Below are positions 23,369-34,196 of a stretch of 64,000 nt of DNA, one piece after another; the first letter of the stretch is position 1; each line of letters opens with the position of its first letter. A program made the translations under genes and the position numbers. The notes under the pieces are model-generated. The model saw only the letters and a list, made by a program, of their open reading frames with translations, did no database searches and had not been told where the DNA came from. Source of the stretch: Mantamonas sphyraenae STR306 (taxonomy: Eukaryota > Protista > CRuMs); assembly GCA_026936335.1 (NCBI GenBank), contig JAPMXV010000044.1:186001-250000 (forward strand). Reading direction: 5' to 3'.

Positions 23369-26300
23369 TCACTCTGGCTCCTGCAGTTTGCTCCTGTTTG
23401 CCTGTAGAACTCCCGCCGAAGCCTGGATGTCTCGTAGCCGGATCCGTCCGCACTTGCCACACTTGAACTCCTTCGCTGCTCCCACCGTGTTTACATGGCC
23501 GCATGCACTGCAAGTTCGCGTCGTCCACGCCTCGTCCGCAATGACCATGAAGCAGCCATGCACCGCAGCCCGCTGCTTGACGATCTGCAGGAGCTGGTAG
23601 TGGCCAGCGTTCTGCATCATCCGCACGGCAGACCTGTGCAACGTGCGTCGCTTGCCCTTGGCGTTCACTTTGCGGACGAGCTTGGCCACACGGAGATGAG
23701 GATACAGCAAGGTGTTGGTATCCTTGGTCAACTCGTCTGCGATGTGGTAGTGAATGGCCTTCCGCTTGGAGTGCTTGCGTTTCTGCAGTTTGTGATACCT
23801 TCGGCGCAGCCGTGCCAGCGATGGTGTACCACGCTCTCTGTTCTGGATGTGCTCGCGGATGGCCTCTTTGCGCTTGCGCTTCGTTCGGTCGCGAACTCGC
23901 CGAGTGCTCTTCTGCCCCTTCCTGTCTTGTTTCCACTTTGGATATGTCTTGTCAATGGCACTTTGGATTGTGCTCATGCGAGTGTCATAACGACGCATCA
24001 GCTGTTCGTGGTTATGGCCCAGCAGCAGCACTTCGCCCTGCGTGCTCAAAGCAGTGATGAGTGTACGTCCGCCTGGGTCAGCCGCCTTGATACTCTGGAC
24101 ATCCAGCTCCTTCTTGATGGCTTTCACTTGCACCTGGAAGCACAGCTTGAGCTTAAAATCATGCAGGTACCGATCGTACATCAAACGCACGTCGAATTTG
24201 GGCTTCCATCGGGCGTCGTTGTTGTACGAGAACATCGATGCATACTTCAAGCCGCGTGCGTCATGGGTTCCCAGCGGCATCACACTCGCGAAACCGGTAG
24301 TCGGGAAGAGCGTCACGTGGGAAATTCGGGCGAACTCTTGCCTGTCGTTTTGGCTCACGTAGAAGTGACACAGATCGGATTGGAGTGACAGGCCTTGCTG
24401 ACGGTGGTTTCGATTGCGTGTCCTCAATTTCGGCCACCTGCCTGTCTTGTCACGGGTTTTCTGTGCCCGTTTGAGGGTCTGTTGCGCCTCACGAACACCA
24501 TTCCAGAATGCTGTGCGAGGAAACTTCCGGTGATGGGGCAGCAACAGCTCATCGAGTGATGCCGTTCGCTCCTGCAACTTGAGGGCGTTTGCTGCGAGCT
24601 CGTTGCCGTCTCGGCTCCACCGTTCCAGCTTCTCTGTGGCGTACGAGGCCATGATCACCAGGTTGTACCCATAGCGGGCGGAGGCGAACAGCCCGTGGAT
24701 AAAACGCCGCTGATGCGACCGAGGACGGAAGGTGATGGTCCTGGAACGCATACGCTGGTCGGCCCGTAGGTTGGAGTTCTCGTGCAGCGCCTCTAGATGC
24801 GCACGCTGCACGCCGTCGTCTCCGAGGTGCTCCGGCATGTCGCTGAGCAGGTGCTCACGCAGCGCGTCATGATCGACCTTGAATGGGATGCGGACAGTCG
24901 TGTCCGCAGTCACCCTGTCGAAGGGGATGCGCTTGGTCTCCTGTGAGCCCGCGTATTCAACGTCAACCTCGTCTGGCATCCTTGATGGTAAACCGTCATA
25001 CGCAGCTGCAAGGGGCATCGAAAACAAAACCCCAAGCTTCGAATGTCTTTGACGCTTCTGGTCGTTGTACCGGGAAAGAACCGCCTCGACGCCGGGTACG
25101 TTTGAAGCGAGCATGGCCTCGCCCAATGACACGGCTTCTTCAATCTCTGCGTCGGTTTTGGCGGAGGCGAGCAGTTGCTCCAGGTCCTCAACAGGGTCGG
25201 GCTCTGCTCCGCAGTTTGAAAGGGGCGTGGGTGGGTGTGAGCCATTGCGGAGGCAGGATGAGGCGGGAGGATGTTAACACCCGCAGCTAAGCCATGTGCA
25301 ACACACACATACCGTTGCCTTGCGCGTCTGCGTCTTTCTTTTTGCGCTTCGATCGACGCGTCGAAATGCTGCTTCCAGCACTCGAGCTGGAGCTGGACGT
25401 GGACGTCGTTCCTTCCTTCACTGCGTGCAATGTGTGAGATGAACGAACGACAGGTTGCCTCTAGGACGCACACACACTTACTTTTGCCCTTGCCCTTGCC
25501 CGTGCCCGTGCCCTTGCCCTTGCCCTTGCCCTTGCCCTTGCCCGTGCCCTTGCCCGTGCCTTTGCCCTTGCCCTTGCCCTTCCCTCTCTTAAAATCGGCT
25601 GCACGCGAGCGCTGTTTCTCGCTCTGCTTTTTGTGCCGCTTCTGCTTGTGATTGCCATGCGAGGTGCCTTTGGTCTCGGAATTCTTCTTCGCCGGCCCCT
25701 TTTCCTTGCGGTCCTTGTCGTACGATGCCCGAGTGGTGGTTGGTTTGCTGGTGAGCGCGGAGAGAAGTTCTTCCTCCTCTTCATCAAGGTTCCGCTTCCA
25801 AAACTCAAGTGCCCTGCGGTGCGAGCTGCTGCTCGTCTCGCTGGTCAAGTGCGTCAGCAGGTCCTCCTCTGGGACGGGTTCTGATTCATCCGACTCTACG
25901 TAGTCGTCGTCGCTCCCTGGAGTTTCTTCCGCACCGTCAAACTCATCCTCCCACGAATTCCTCGAAGAAGAAGACGTAGTCTGGATCTCCACAGACATGG
26001 TAGTGTTTGTAGACGAAGATGCAGACGAAGAAGAAGACGAACTCTGCGTCTCGAGTTGTATGTCGTCGCATGAAGATGACGAGGAAGAGGCGGACGAGGC
26101 GACGACCGCAGTCGAGTCGTTGGCACGTGCGCGCTTTCCGTGGGACGCGTCGTTCTCAGCGCTTGCGCTTCTCATACGGCGCTGTCGGGACTTATTCACC
26201 TGCTTGGCATCGCGTGCATCATTCCTTCGCTGGCGACGGTTGGACCTTGTGTACCCTGCGGACCCTGGTGACGATTGTACGGTGTGCAGGTGAACAGGCT

Positions 26301-26472
26301 CAGGCGATGATTCCGTGCGCAGCTCCCTGTCGCCTTCAGAGTTTGGGCGAGGGCGCAGGACAATGAGAAACCACATCACAATGAGAATGATGTGGAAGTG
26401 GTTCTTCATGGGCACTTTCATTGGCGCTTGTGTCGCTTGAAACAAGGTCATTGGTGTGCTCAGGCGTTGCAT
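23369..26472 (-). CDS. Fanzor2/TnpB-type RNA-guided endonuclease with spliced N-terminal extension (~977 aa; start uncertain)
   Basis: TnpB-like 'FRPRSHQRRFIHGLFASARYGYN', RuvC-I ADPGGRT (D at 24077-79), RuvC-II DEAWTTRTCSAC (E at 23531-33), CGKC, RuvC-III RDIQAS (D at 23429-31). GT-AG introns 25421-25481 and 25204-25312 join the ORFs in frame. Confidence 0.88.
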
Positions 26473-26591
26473 CAGTTTTCCATGACCCGAGAGGCAGGAA
26501 ACACGAAGGATGCGTTGTAACAACGTCAAAGGATGTGTGACAAGAGATTATGGCGATGGTGCTTGCCGAGTGAGGCGCCTAACTCCCCGCA

Positions 26592-26613
26592 CGCGCTCAA
26601 TTGAAAACCCCTG
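26592..26613 (-). repeat. Outer left TIR
   Basis: CGCGCTCAATTGAAAACCCCTG followed by TA; reads TA-CAGGGG.. on the minus strand, like Tc1/mariner ends. Confidence 0.7.
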
Positions 26614-26808
26614 TATGTGTATATTGTACGATGCAGAGTCTGAGTGTGGCCAAAGCATTGCGTTGGACCCGTGGATGAGGGGCGGGTACATGCAGATGCG
26701 GGAAGGGGCCTCGCGGGATTGTGTTTTGTGAACCGTTTGCGTGACGATTTTTCTGACACGTTGGCTGGGGTCACTGTGTGCACGCAGTCACATTCCAGAC
26801 AGGAAACC

Positions 26809-29099
26809 ATGAGCGAGAACGAGATGGAAGAAATGGAAGAGGTAAGCAAGGGCACAGGATGGCCTGTGTGCCACATACAGGCGTCATTGTTTCCGGGAAC
26901 ACACTTTTGGCGCCCGAACGATTTCCGGGACAGGATTTCCTGCAGCGAGATACCGCACGCCAGAGACTAGCGTGGTACTGACACGGGTGAGGGTTTGATG
27001 CACGGTGTCTGTGGGACATGGAACGTGTGCAGCAAGAGCAAGAGCAAGTGCGTGGGGAGATGCCCCACCCGCCTCCGGTTGATGTAGGTGCCCCAGATGC
27101 AAACGCAAACACGCAAACGCGTTTTCGGCGAGCGAGCGTTGCTGACACAAAGTGAGGACGCACACACAAACAGCGGGATGCAGAAGCAGCCGGCGTAGGC
27201 AATGCTGTGGATAAGCAGCCGTCGGAGGACGAGGAGTATGCAAGTCGGCTGGCAGCGGCTGTGGAGGCCAACTCGCACTACAGCAAGCCGACTGCAATGA
27301 ACCTGGACGAGTTTGTGGAGGCATTTGGCGACGTGCTGGACCGCAACCATGTGTTCAGTAACATCGACGAGAGCAACAAGCAGGAGTTCCTGGAGGCGTC
27401 GTTCAACGCGCTGGACGCCAACAACAGCGGCGCGGTGGACACCTCTGAGCTCACTGCGATCCTTCCGCGTGTGTTTGACTTTGGCACGTTGGCTCGCTTC
27501 TGGATGGCATGGATGTCGTTCCCGTTTACGGTGATCTACCTGATCAAGTTTGTGAGCACCGGAGACAGCCAGTCGATTCTGCGCGAGCTGCTGGTGGACG
27601 TGTGGATGAAGAAGGCCGAGTGGAACTTTTGCTCGATGATGCCTTTCAAGATTCTGATCTGGGGCATGCTGGATGTGTTCAAGATGGACATCCGCAACCT
27701 GGACAAGGGCCACACGCGCGCAAAGCTCATGGGTCTGTCGCTTGTCTTTCTGGGCTTCTACGTGGTGGCGTTTGCGTGCCTGCTGACGTACCTTGGTTCT
27801 GTGCTGCCCAGTCAACTTGCACCCGTGGTGGAGAACGGCGCAGACCTGTTTGTGATGCTGGACCAGGGAGCAAGCGCAGTTGAGGGCTTCTTCCCGATCG
27901 CCATGTTTGCGTACCTGGGCACTCAGATCGGCCTGCTGTTTGTGGTGAAGCGCACGCAGGACTCGAACCGTTTCATGCTGCGTCCCATGGAGAGGAACCT
28001 GCAGCAGCTGCCTGTCATGACGAGCGAGCGTTCGCTGTTCACCACGCCCAAGGGTGTGGACCCGTCGATCCAGATGCACGACATCGAGCTGTCGCCGCGC
28101 GGCACCAACGCGTGGGAGGTTGTGCAGCGCCTGAAGGACCAGGGCATGGTACTGCACAAGGTTTCGACCAAGAGTGGCCTGCTGGCCGCGGTGGGCTTCC
28201 TCGGCCCTGTGCTGATGGCCTTTGCAGGCTCGCTGACGCGCGCAGGCACGGGCAAGCCGTACAGTGGATACAACCCGCCTCAAACAGACCACGAGTTTGT
28301 GGTTGTGTCGTCGCAGATGTGCTTGTTGGTGTGCTTCTGGATCTACTTTTACCTGCTGGGTGAAGCGCAGTCGCTGATTGTGCAGACCAAAACGACGATG
28401 TCGCTGTTCTCGTGGGTGGCGGTTTCCAAGTCGCTGGACGGGAACGCGCAGGCGCTGACGCAGCTTGTATCGGAGCATGAAGACGAGGCCATGGTGGAGG
28501 ACGTGCCGACGCTTGCGTTGGCTCCGGTGCACATGAAGCTGAACCGCAAGGAAAACGTGCTGGGCTGGCTGCGCATCCGCTCGTACATGATGGTGTGGCG
28601 CAACATCGAGATGCAGATGATGAACGTGGTGGCGGGTCTGGTGGGTTCGTTCGTGATTTGGCTGTTCATTGCATTGCTGGCCATCATTGTGCACTTTACG
28701 GCAGTGCCGCGCTTCCTTCTGAACATGCAGATGCAGGTGTACTTCCTGGTGGTGTTCTACGGCACCCTGATGTACTCTCTGTACGCTGTGTTCCTGATGT
28801 GGCAGGGCATCCAGGCCAACGCGCTGCAAATGGAAGACGCCAAGGTGCTGTCCGAGGTGATGTTTGAGACGAAGCTGCGCCAGCACCTGCTGCCCAACAC
28901 GAGCGAGAACCGTGCCATGGAGGAGGAGCTGGACGATCTTTTCCAGCTGCAGGAGCACATCAGCGCCACTGTGGGAACGGAGGAGGAGGACCTCATTTCC
29001 ATCTTTGGTGTGCCGCTGACGCCGGCCATTTTTGGAACACTGACCACCGCCGTGACCGTGGGTGTGTCTACGTTCCTGAGTGTGCTGGGCAGTGGGTAA
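26809..29099 (+). CDS. EF-hand-containing multi-pass membrane protein (spliced 5' end)
   Basis: Canonical EF loop DANNSGAVDTSE followed by many TM segments. Short first exon MSENEMEEMEE followed by GTAAG. Confidence 0.7.
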
Positions 29100-29347
29100 G
29101 CCGTGGGAGTGAGAGGGAGATGTGAACGCTGTTCGCGCCAAGACAAAGGTGTGTTGCATCAGAATGTTGGGGTGTGTGAGAGCAGTCTTGCTGTGTGCAG
29201 TGCTGTGTCCCGTATGCATTGTTCAGTGTGCAGGTGGGCATACGATGGCGAGAGGGAGAAGGTCGAAGAAGGTTGCGAATGAAGATGGCAGAACATGCGC
29301 GCACAAACTGACGCTCCATGTGCCCGTGTGTGTCGACTTGCAGCCAA

Positions 29348-30508
29348 ATGCAGAGCATCAAGGTGAGTCGGAGGAAGTGGGCTGGCGCCTGAGTGAGGAA
29401 TCGGGGATGGTCGGGTGCATGCTGGGTCCTTCGGGACGTGTGTTGGGCGGGAAAAGCCGGGAACGAATCGTGCTGGGCTGCCTGTGTTGCGCTCGCACGG
29501 CTACAAACACGCCACGGCGAGTGCAGATGTGCCTCTTGTGCAGAAAGCGCAAGCAGCGTCACCCTAGGATAAGATGCATGGGACGTGTGCGTGGAGAGGG
29601 CGTGTGTGGCCTGTGTGTGCGTGGGCGGCGATGGAGAGGCGAATTCTCGGACACGAGCTTTTTTCCCTCCCTTTGCACGTTTTGACGGCCACTGGTCGAC
29701 GCAGCGGGCACGGGACACGCACAGCCGGGTGTAGGTCAGGATGCAGAACGCAGCTGGCAGGTGTTGGGCAGCCACGCACGTGTGTGACAGCGCTGTGTTT
29801 GCATGGAGAGGCCAAAACAAAGGGAGGGCTGGCGAACGTTGAAGCGCCGCGCCCAATTTTTTTTCCAGACGGCGAGTGTTTCCCGCGTGCAGAAGCGTGG
29901 GGCAGAGGGACTAACGCTGGCGGGTGGGCGCACGCATGCAACAGTGTGTCGTCGTCGGAGACGGAGCAGTGGGAAAGACCTGTCTGCTGATCTCGTACAC
30001 CACCAACGCCTTCCCGGGAGAGTACATCCCGACGGTGTTTGACAACTACAGCGCCAACGTGATGGTGGATGGCAAGCCCATCAACCTGGGTCTGTGGGAT
30101 ACGGCCGGACAGGAGGATTACGATCGCCTGCGCCCGCTGTCGTACCCGCAGACGGACGTGTTCCTGATCTGCTTCTCGCTGATCTCGCCGTCGTCGTTCG
30201 AGAACGTCAAGAGCAAGTGGTACCCTGAGATCTCGCACCACGCACCGGGCACACCGTCGATTCTGGTGGGCACGAAGCTGGATCTGCGTGACGACAAGGA
30301 CACGATTGCCAAGCTGAACGAGAAGGGCCTTGCGCCGATCACGTACCAGCAGGGTCTGCAGATGGCCAAGGAGATCAACAGCGTGAAGTACCTGGAGTGC
30401 TCGGCCCTGACTCAGAAGGGTCTGAAGAACGTGTTTGACGAGGCCATCCGCGCTGTGCTGATGCCCGCCAAGCAGCCCAAGAAGAGCAAGAAGTGCATCC
30501 TGCTCTAA
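29348..30508 (+). CDS. RAC1: Rac GTPase, copy 1 (intron 29363-29944)
   Basis: MQSIK|[38 protein letters not shown]. Confidence 0.96.
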
Positions 30509-30752
30509 ATCAACCAGCCGCAGGAATCAACACCCTGTACAGCGGCCACCTTGTGGGACCAACATCTTCAACAGCAACAGCAAACTTGAAGGGAGGAACA
30601 CGCCGAGGGTTTGACGCCCGACGCAACCACAATGGGAGCAGTCTCGAGATCGAGATGCTGTCCATGCGTGTGAGTGCGTGGTTGCCATCGCTCACGTGGT
30701 TGTGCCTGGCTGAGATCACTGGAAACAAGCTGTTGTTTTCTCTCTCGTCTCT

Positions 30753-30846
30753 TCATTCGAATTCTTCCACAAAGATGTCCTCGTCTGCAACGTCTTCGTA
30801 GTCTTCACCGTCGTCGTCATCATCATCATCGTCATCATCGTCATCA

Positions 30847-30879
<33 letters not shown>

Positions 30880-31369
30880 TAGTCCTCATCGTCATCATCG
30901 TCTTCAGCGTCGTCTGATCCCTGTCCGTCGCCTGCCTCCTGGTCCTCCTTCATCTCACTGAGCCTCTCCTCCAACATGGGCTGAAACTCCTTGACGAGTT
31001 GGTTGTGCGGTTCGTAGCTGAGGACTGGAGCAGTGCAGATGGCGTAAGCAGAGGGGCGTTTGGGGAAAGCGCGCGCGAGCAAAGAAACGGCTGAACGGAG
31101 TCACTCGCTACTGTGTTCAACGCACTCTCTTTGGACAGGGCCAGTGCATTCTCGATTTCCATGTTGGTGACGGCCAAATAGAATTGCTGTACAAGTTCGA
31201 CGGGCGCATACGAGGTTCCGCCGTCTGTGCGCTTCGCATCGATCTGCAGGCCGCCCGCGCGTCCTTGTTCCCCAGGCCCCATGTTGGCCGAGTCGTTCTC
31301 GTCGTCAAACACCTCGCCCGTGTCCAGCACCACCGAGTCGTCCAGGCCCTTTTCTTCTGCCAGACTCAT
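30753..31369 (-). CDS. ERICH2-like acidic protein, 2 exons
   Basis: APVELVQQFY..ALALSKE|.LSYEPHNQLVKEF resembles glutamate-rich protein 2. Poly-Asp tail. Confidence 0.6.
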
Positions 31370-31548
31370 GGATGGATGGTTTGGCAGGGAGAGTGCACTG
31401 CGCTGCACTGCCAGGCTACCGTACGGTTGTGCGTGAGCTGCGTACGTTGATCAAAAGGGAGTGCCCTTTTCTTGGCAGAACAAGCTATAGTGTACATCCG
31501 TGGGATGTCGCACGGAGAGGCCAAAGAAAACAAGGAGTTGCAAGGAAG

Positions 31549-32895
31549 ATGCGAACAGCAATTGTTTGCCTTGTGTGTGCGCTTGTGGTCGCAGCAGCTG
31601 GAGCAGCTGTGCAGTCAGAGGCACCTGTGCCGAATGCCGGCAAGGAGATGGTGCGTGGAGTCAATCTGGGCGGATGGTTCGTTCTGGAGCCGTGGATTCT
31701 GCCGGACCTTTTCGAGGACGCCAACAAGCTTGTGGGCTGGGCTGGCGAGGGCCCCTACCCTATTGTGGACGAGTGGACGTGGTGGGCCCATGTGGCCAAG
31801 TACCCATCGCTGGGAGACACGCTGGAAAAGCACTGGGAGACGTGGGTCACGCAGGAGCACCTGGAAACGGTGCAGCGCGCAGGCATCACGCATCTGCGCA
31901 TCCCCGTAGCGTACTGGTACTTTGAATCCAACGTTTCGCAGTCGGGCGAACCGTTTGCAAACGGCGCAGAGCGATTCCCGCGAGCGCTGGCGCAGCTGAA
32001 GCACGTGGTGAACGATTGGGCGGCGCCGCTGGGACTGAAGGTTCTCATTGATTTGCACGCAGCTCCAGGGAGCCAGAACGGGTTTGACAACAGCGGCAAG
32101 CGGGGCGGAATCAACATTCTGAATGGGGACAACACGACACGGTGGGAGCAAGCCGTAGGGGCCATGACAGCATGGAGCACGGCCAACCTGAACTCAGAGG
32201 CGTTGTGGGGCTTGGAAATCCTCAACGAACCTGCTGGCTTCTATCCGTGGATGTGGGATGCAGTGAAGAAGACCATCAATCCGCAGGGTTACCAGCAGGT
32301 GCGCACGTCAAACAACGCATCCAAGGTTGTGTTCCAGACGGCATTCCAGCCGCTGAGCAACGAACCGCGATACACTCCGCCAGCCTTCCAGGACGTCTGG
32401 TTCGACGACCACAACTACCAAGCGTTTGGCGTGGATTGGAACTCGCTCGCGTGGCAGCCGGACGGATGGGGCACACATCTGGACCGCACCTGCGCCATGG
32501 CAGCCACATACGCGGCAGCACCAACGCCGACCTTTGTGGGCGAGTTCTCCTTGGCCGTCACCGACTGCACCATCTTTCTCGCCAGTGGCATGAACGGCGG
32601 CTGCAACATGACGGCGGATCCCACGTGCCGCTACCTGCCCACACCGACGCGCATGGGTCACGCAGACACCTGCGACTTCTACAATCAAAACTACGAGGAG
32701 CTGCCACCGGCGTACACCACCTTTCTCAACGAGTTTGTGCGTGCGCAGATGGACGCCTTTGAGGCTGGAAACGGTTGGATCTTTTGGAACTTTCGCACAC
32801 AGAACGCCCATGCCCCAGCTTGGGATTTCCTTCTCGGTCTGGAGCAAGGTTGGATCCCGGCCGACGTGGCCAACCGTGAGCGATTCTGCCACTGA
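31549..32895 (+). CDS. Secreted GH5 exo-beta-1,3-glucanase
   Basis: Signal peptide, RGVNLGGWFVLEPWI, DLHAAPGSQNGFDNSG, catalytic NEP and VGEFS. Confidence 0.93.
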   Translation: MRTAIVCLVCALVVAAAGAAVQSEAPVPNAGKEMVRGVNLGGWFVLEPWILPDLFEDANKLVGWAGEGPYPIVDEWTWWAHVAKYPSLGDTLEKHWETWVTQEHLETVQRAGITHLRIPVAYWYFESNVSQSGEPFANGAERFPRALAQLKHVVNDWAAPLGLKVLIDLHAAPGSQNGFDNSGKRGGINILNGDNTTRWEQAVGAMTAWSTANLNSEALWGLEILNEPAGFYPWMWDAVKKTINPQGYQQVRTSNNASKVVFQTAFQPLSNEPRYTPPAFQDVWFDDHNYQAFGVDWNSLAWQPDGWGTHLDRTCAMAATYAAAPTPTFVGEFSLAVTDCTIFLASGMNGGCNMTADPTCRYLPTPTRMGHADTCDFYNQNYEELPPAYTTFLNEFVRAQMDAFEAGNGWIFWNFRTQNAHAPAWDFLLGLEQGWIPADVANRERFCH

Positions 32896-32934
32896 GAGAA
32901 GCGAGAGAAAGACATGCATTCCATGCCATTCACC

Positions 32935-34094
32935 TCATTGCTCGCTGTTTGTTTCCTCCTCCTCGTTCGCTGCCGCTTGCTTTGCCCGTGCCTTGGCCAG
33001 CTCTTCCTTTTCCTCATCCGTCATCTGCACAACCGGCGTCGCCTGGTAAGCGTTGTACATGCCCGATCCCACCATGCCTGGGAACAGGTCTGCCAAATGC
33101 TCACACAGGCCGTCCAAGGAATGCAGGTGGTAGAACGCTGCTCCTGTGTGCTGGCCACGATGGTGTCGCACGTGCGAGTCAAACACCGCAAATTCGCCTT
33201 TGTCTGGATCCATGATGAGCAGGATGGATTCGAGATGGCAGGTGAATACGGCACAGATGGGTGTGTCGCGTTCCCAGCCGTCGATCATGGAGGACAGCTG
33301 CTTCTGGAAAATCTTCAGGGCAACTCGTCGCGTTTGCGGGACTCCCCCTTGCCGGATGCGATCCTCGACCATGCGCAGCTCCGCGTCGTACGCAGGGATA
33401 ATAGAGAGCACCTCCATGGTGGCTGCGTGTTCCACCTCGCGCTCCTGAGCTCCAGCGGCCTCGAAGCAGGCCATGCCGTGATCCAGGATCGAGTCCACAA
33501 GCTCCACAGTCATGCCGCCGTCGATCAGCGAGCCGTCGTCAATGAACCTCTTGGCTGCTTCGACGCAGAAGAACGTGCATGCGCTCTTGCCGTTGGTGAA
33601 AGAGAACTGGGAGCGCTCGGAAGCGACGACATCGACATCGCCGTCAAAGTTTTCGTGTTCCGTGGTGGATTTGCGAATGGCATGGTCTGGCAGCGTGGTT
33701 GTCTTTTGGTGGCTGGGATGCACAGTACTGCTGCTTGCCCCGCTGCCGGTACTGCTGCTGCTGCTGTTACTGCTGCTGCCCCCAGAGGTCTTGTGGGCTG
33801 GACAAGAGGGTGAGCGTCAACGCAAACGTCCCCAGGATTGAAAACCAACGTACGTGTCACCTGCAATCGCAGCACACTGTCCTTGTACAAATCTTTGGCC
33901 TCGTCCCACTCAATGTCGCGTGTGATTGTGCACAGGTCGCCATCCTCGTCGAGATACTTGATCGAATACTCCAGGCCGACGCCAAAGCCAAACTTGTGCT
34001 CCACAATGGTTGCAAAGTCGTCGTACGAAGTGTCACCTTCGACTCGGAACTTGTAGATTTGCTCTGCAAAGCGCAGCTTGATCAGGATGGACAT
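32935..34094 (-). CDS. PB1 domain plus putative viral-tegument-like (C76/VTD) cysteine deubiquitinase, 2 exons
   Basis: PB1 OPCA motif IKYLDEDGDLCTI. Second exon has SQF..GKSAC and FAVFDSH. Confidence 0.65.
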
Positions 34095-34196
34095 GCAGCG
34101 GGACTCTTTGGCAGCGACGGCGCGCTCGCAGATCGTGCCAGCAGAACTCTTCGGTTGCGCAGACACACCTGCAATCAATTGCCACGGCTGTCCACA

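Larger units (their letters stand above)
14235..26613 (-). mobile_element. Composite IS630/Tc1-type transposon carrying two Fanzor genes and a DDE transposase
   Basis: TA at 14233-34 and at 26614-15. Ends CAGCCATTCTCAAATCAGCGCG and (reverse complement) CAGGGGTTTTCAATTGAGCGCG match at 16/22. Related inner ends at 22540-22563 and ~22967-22989. Confidence 0.7.
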
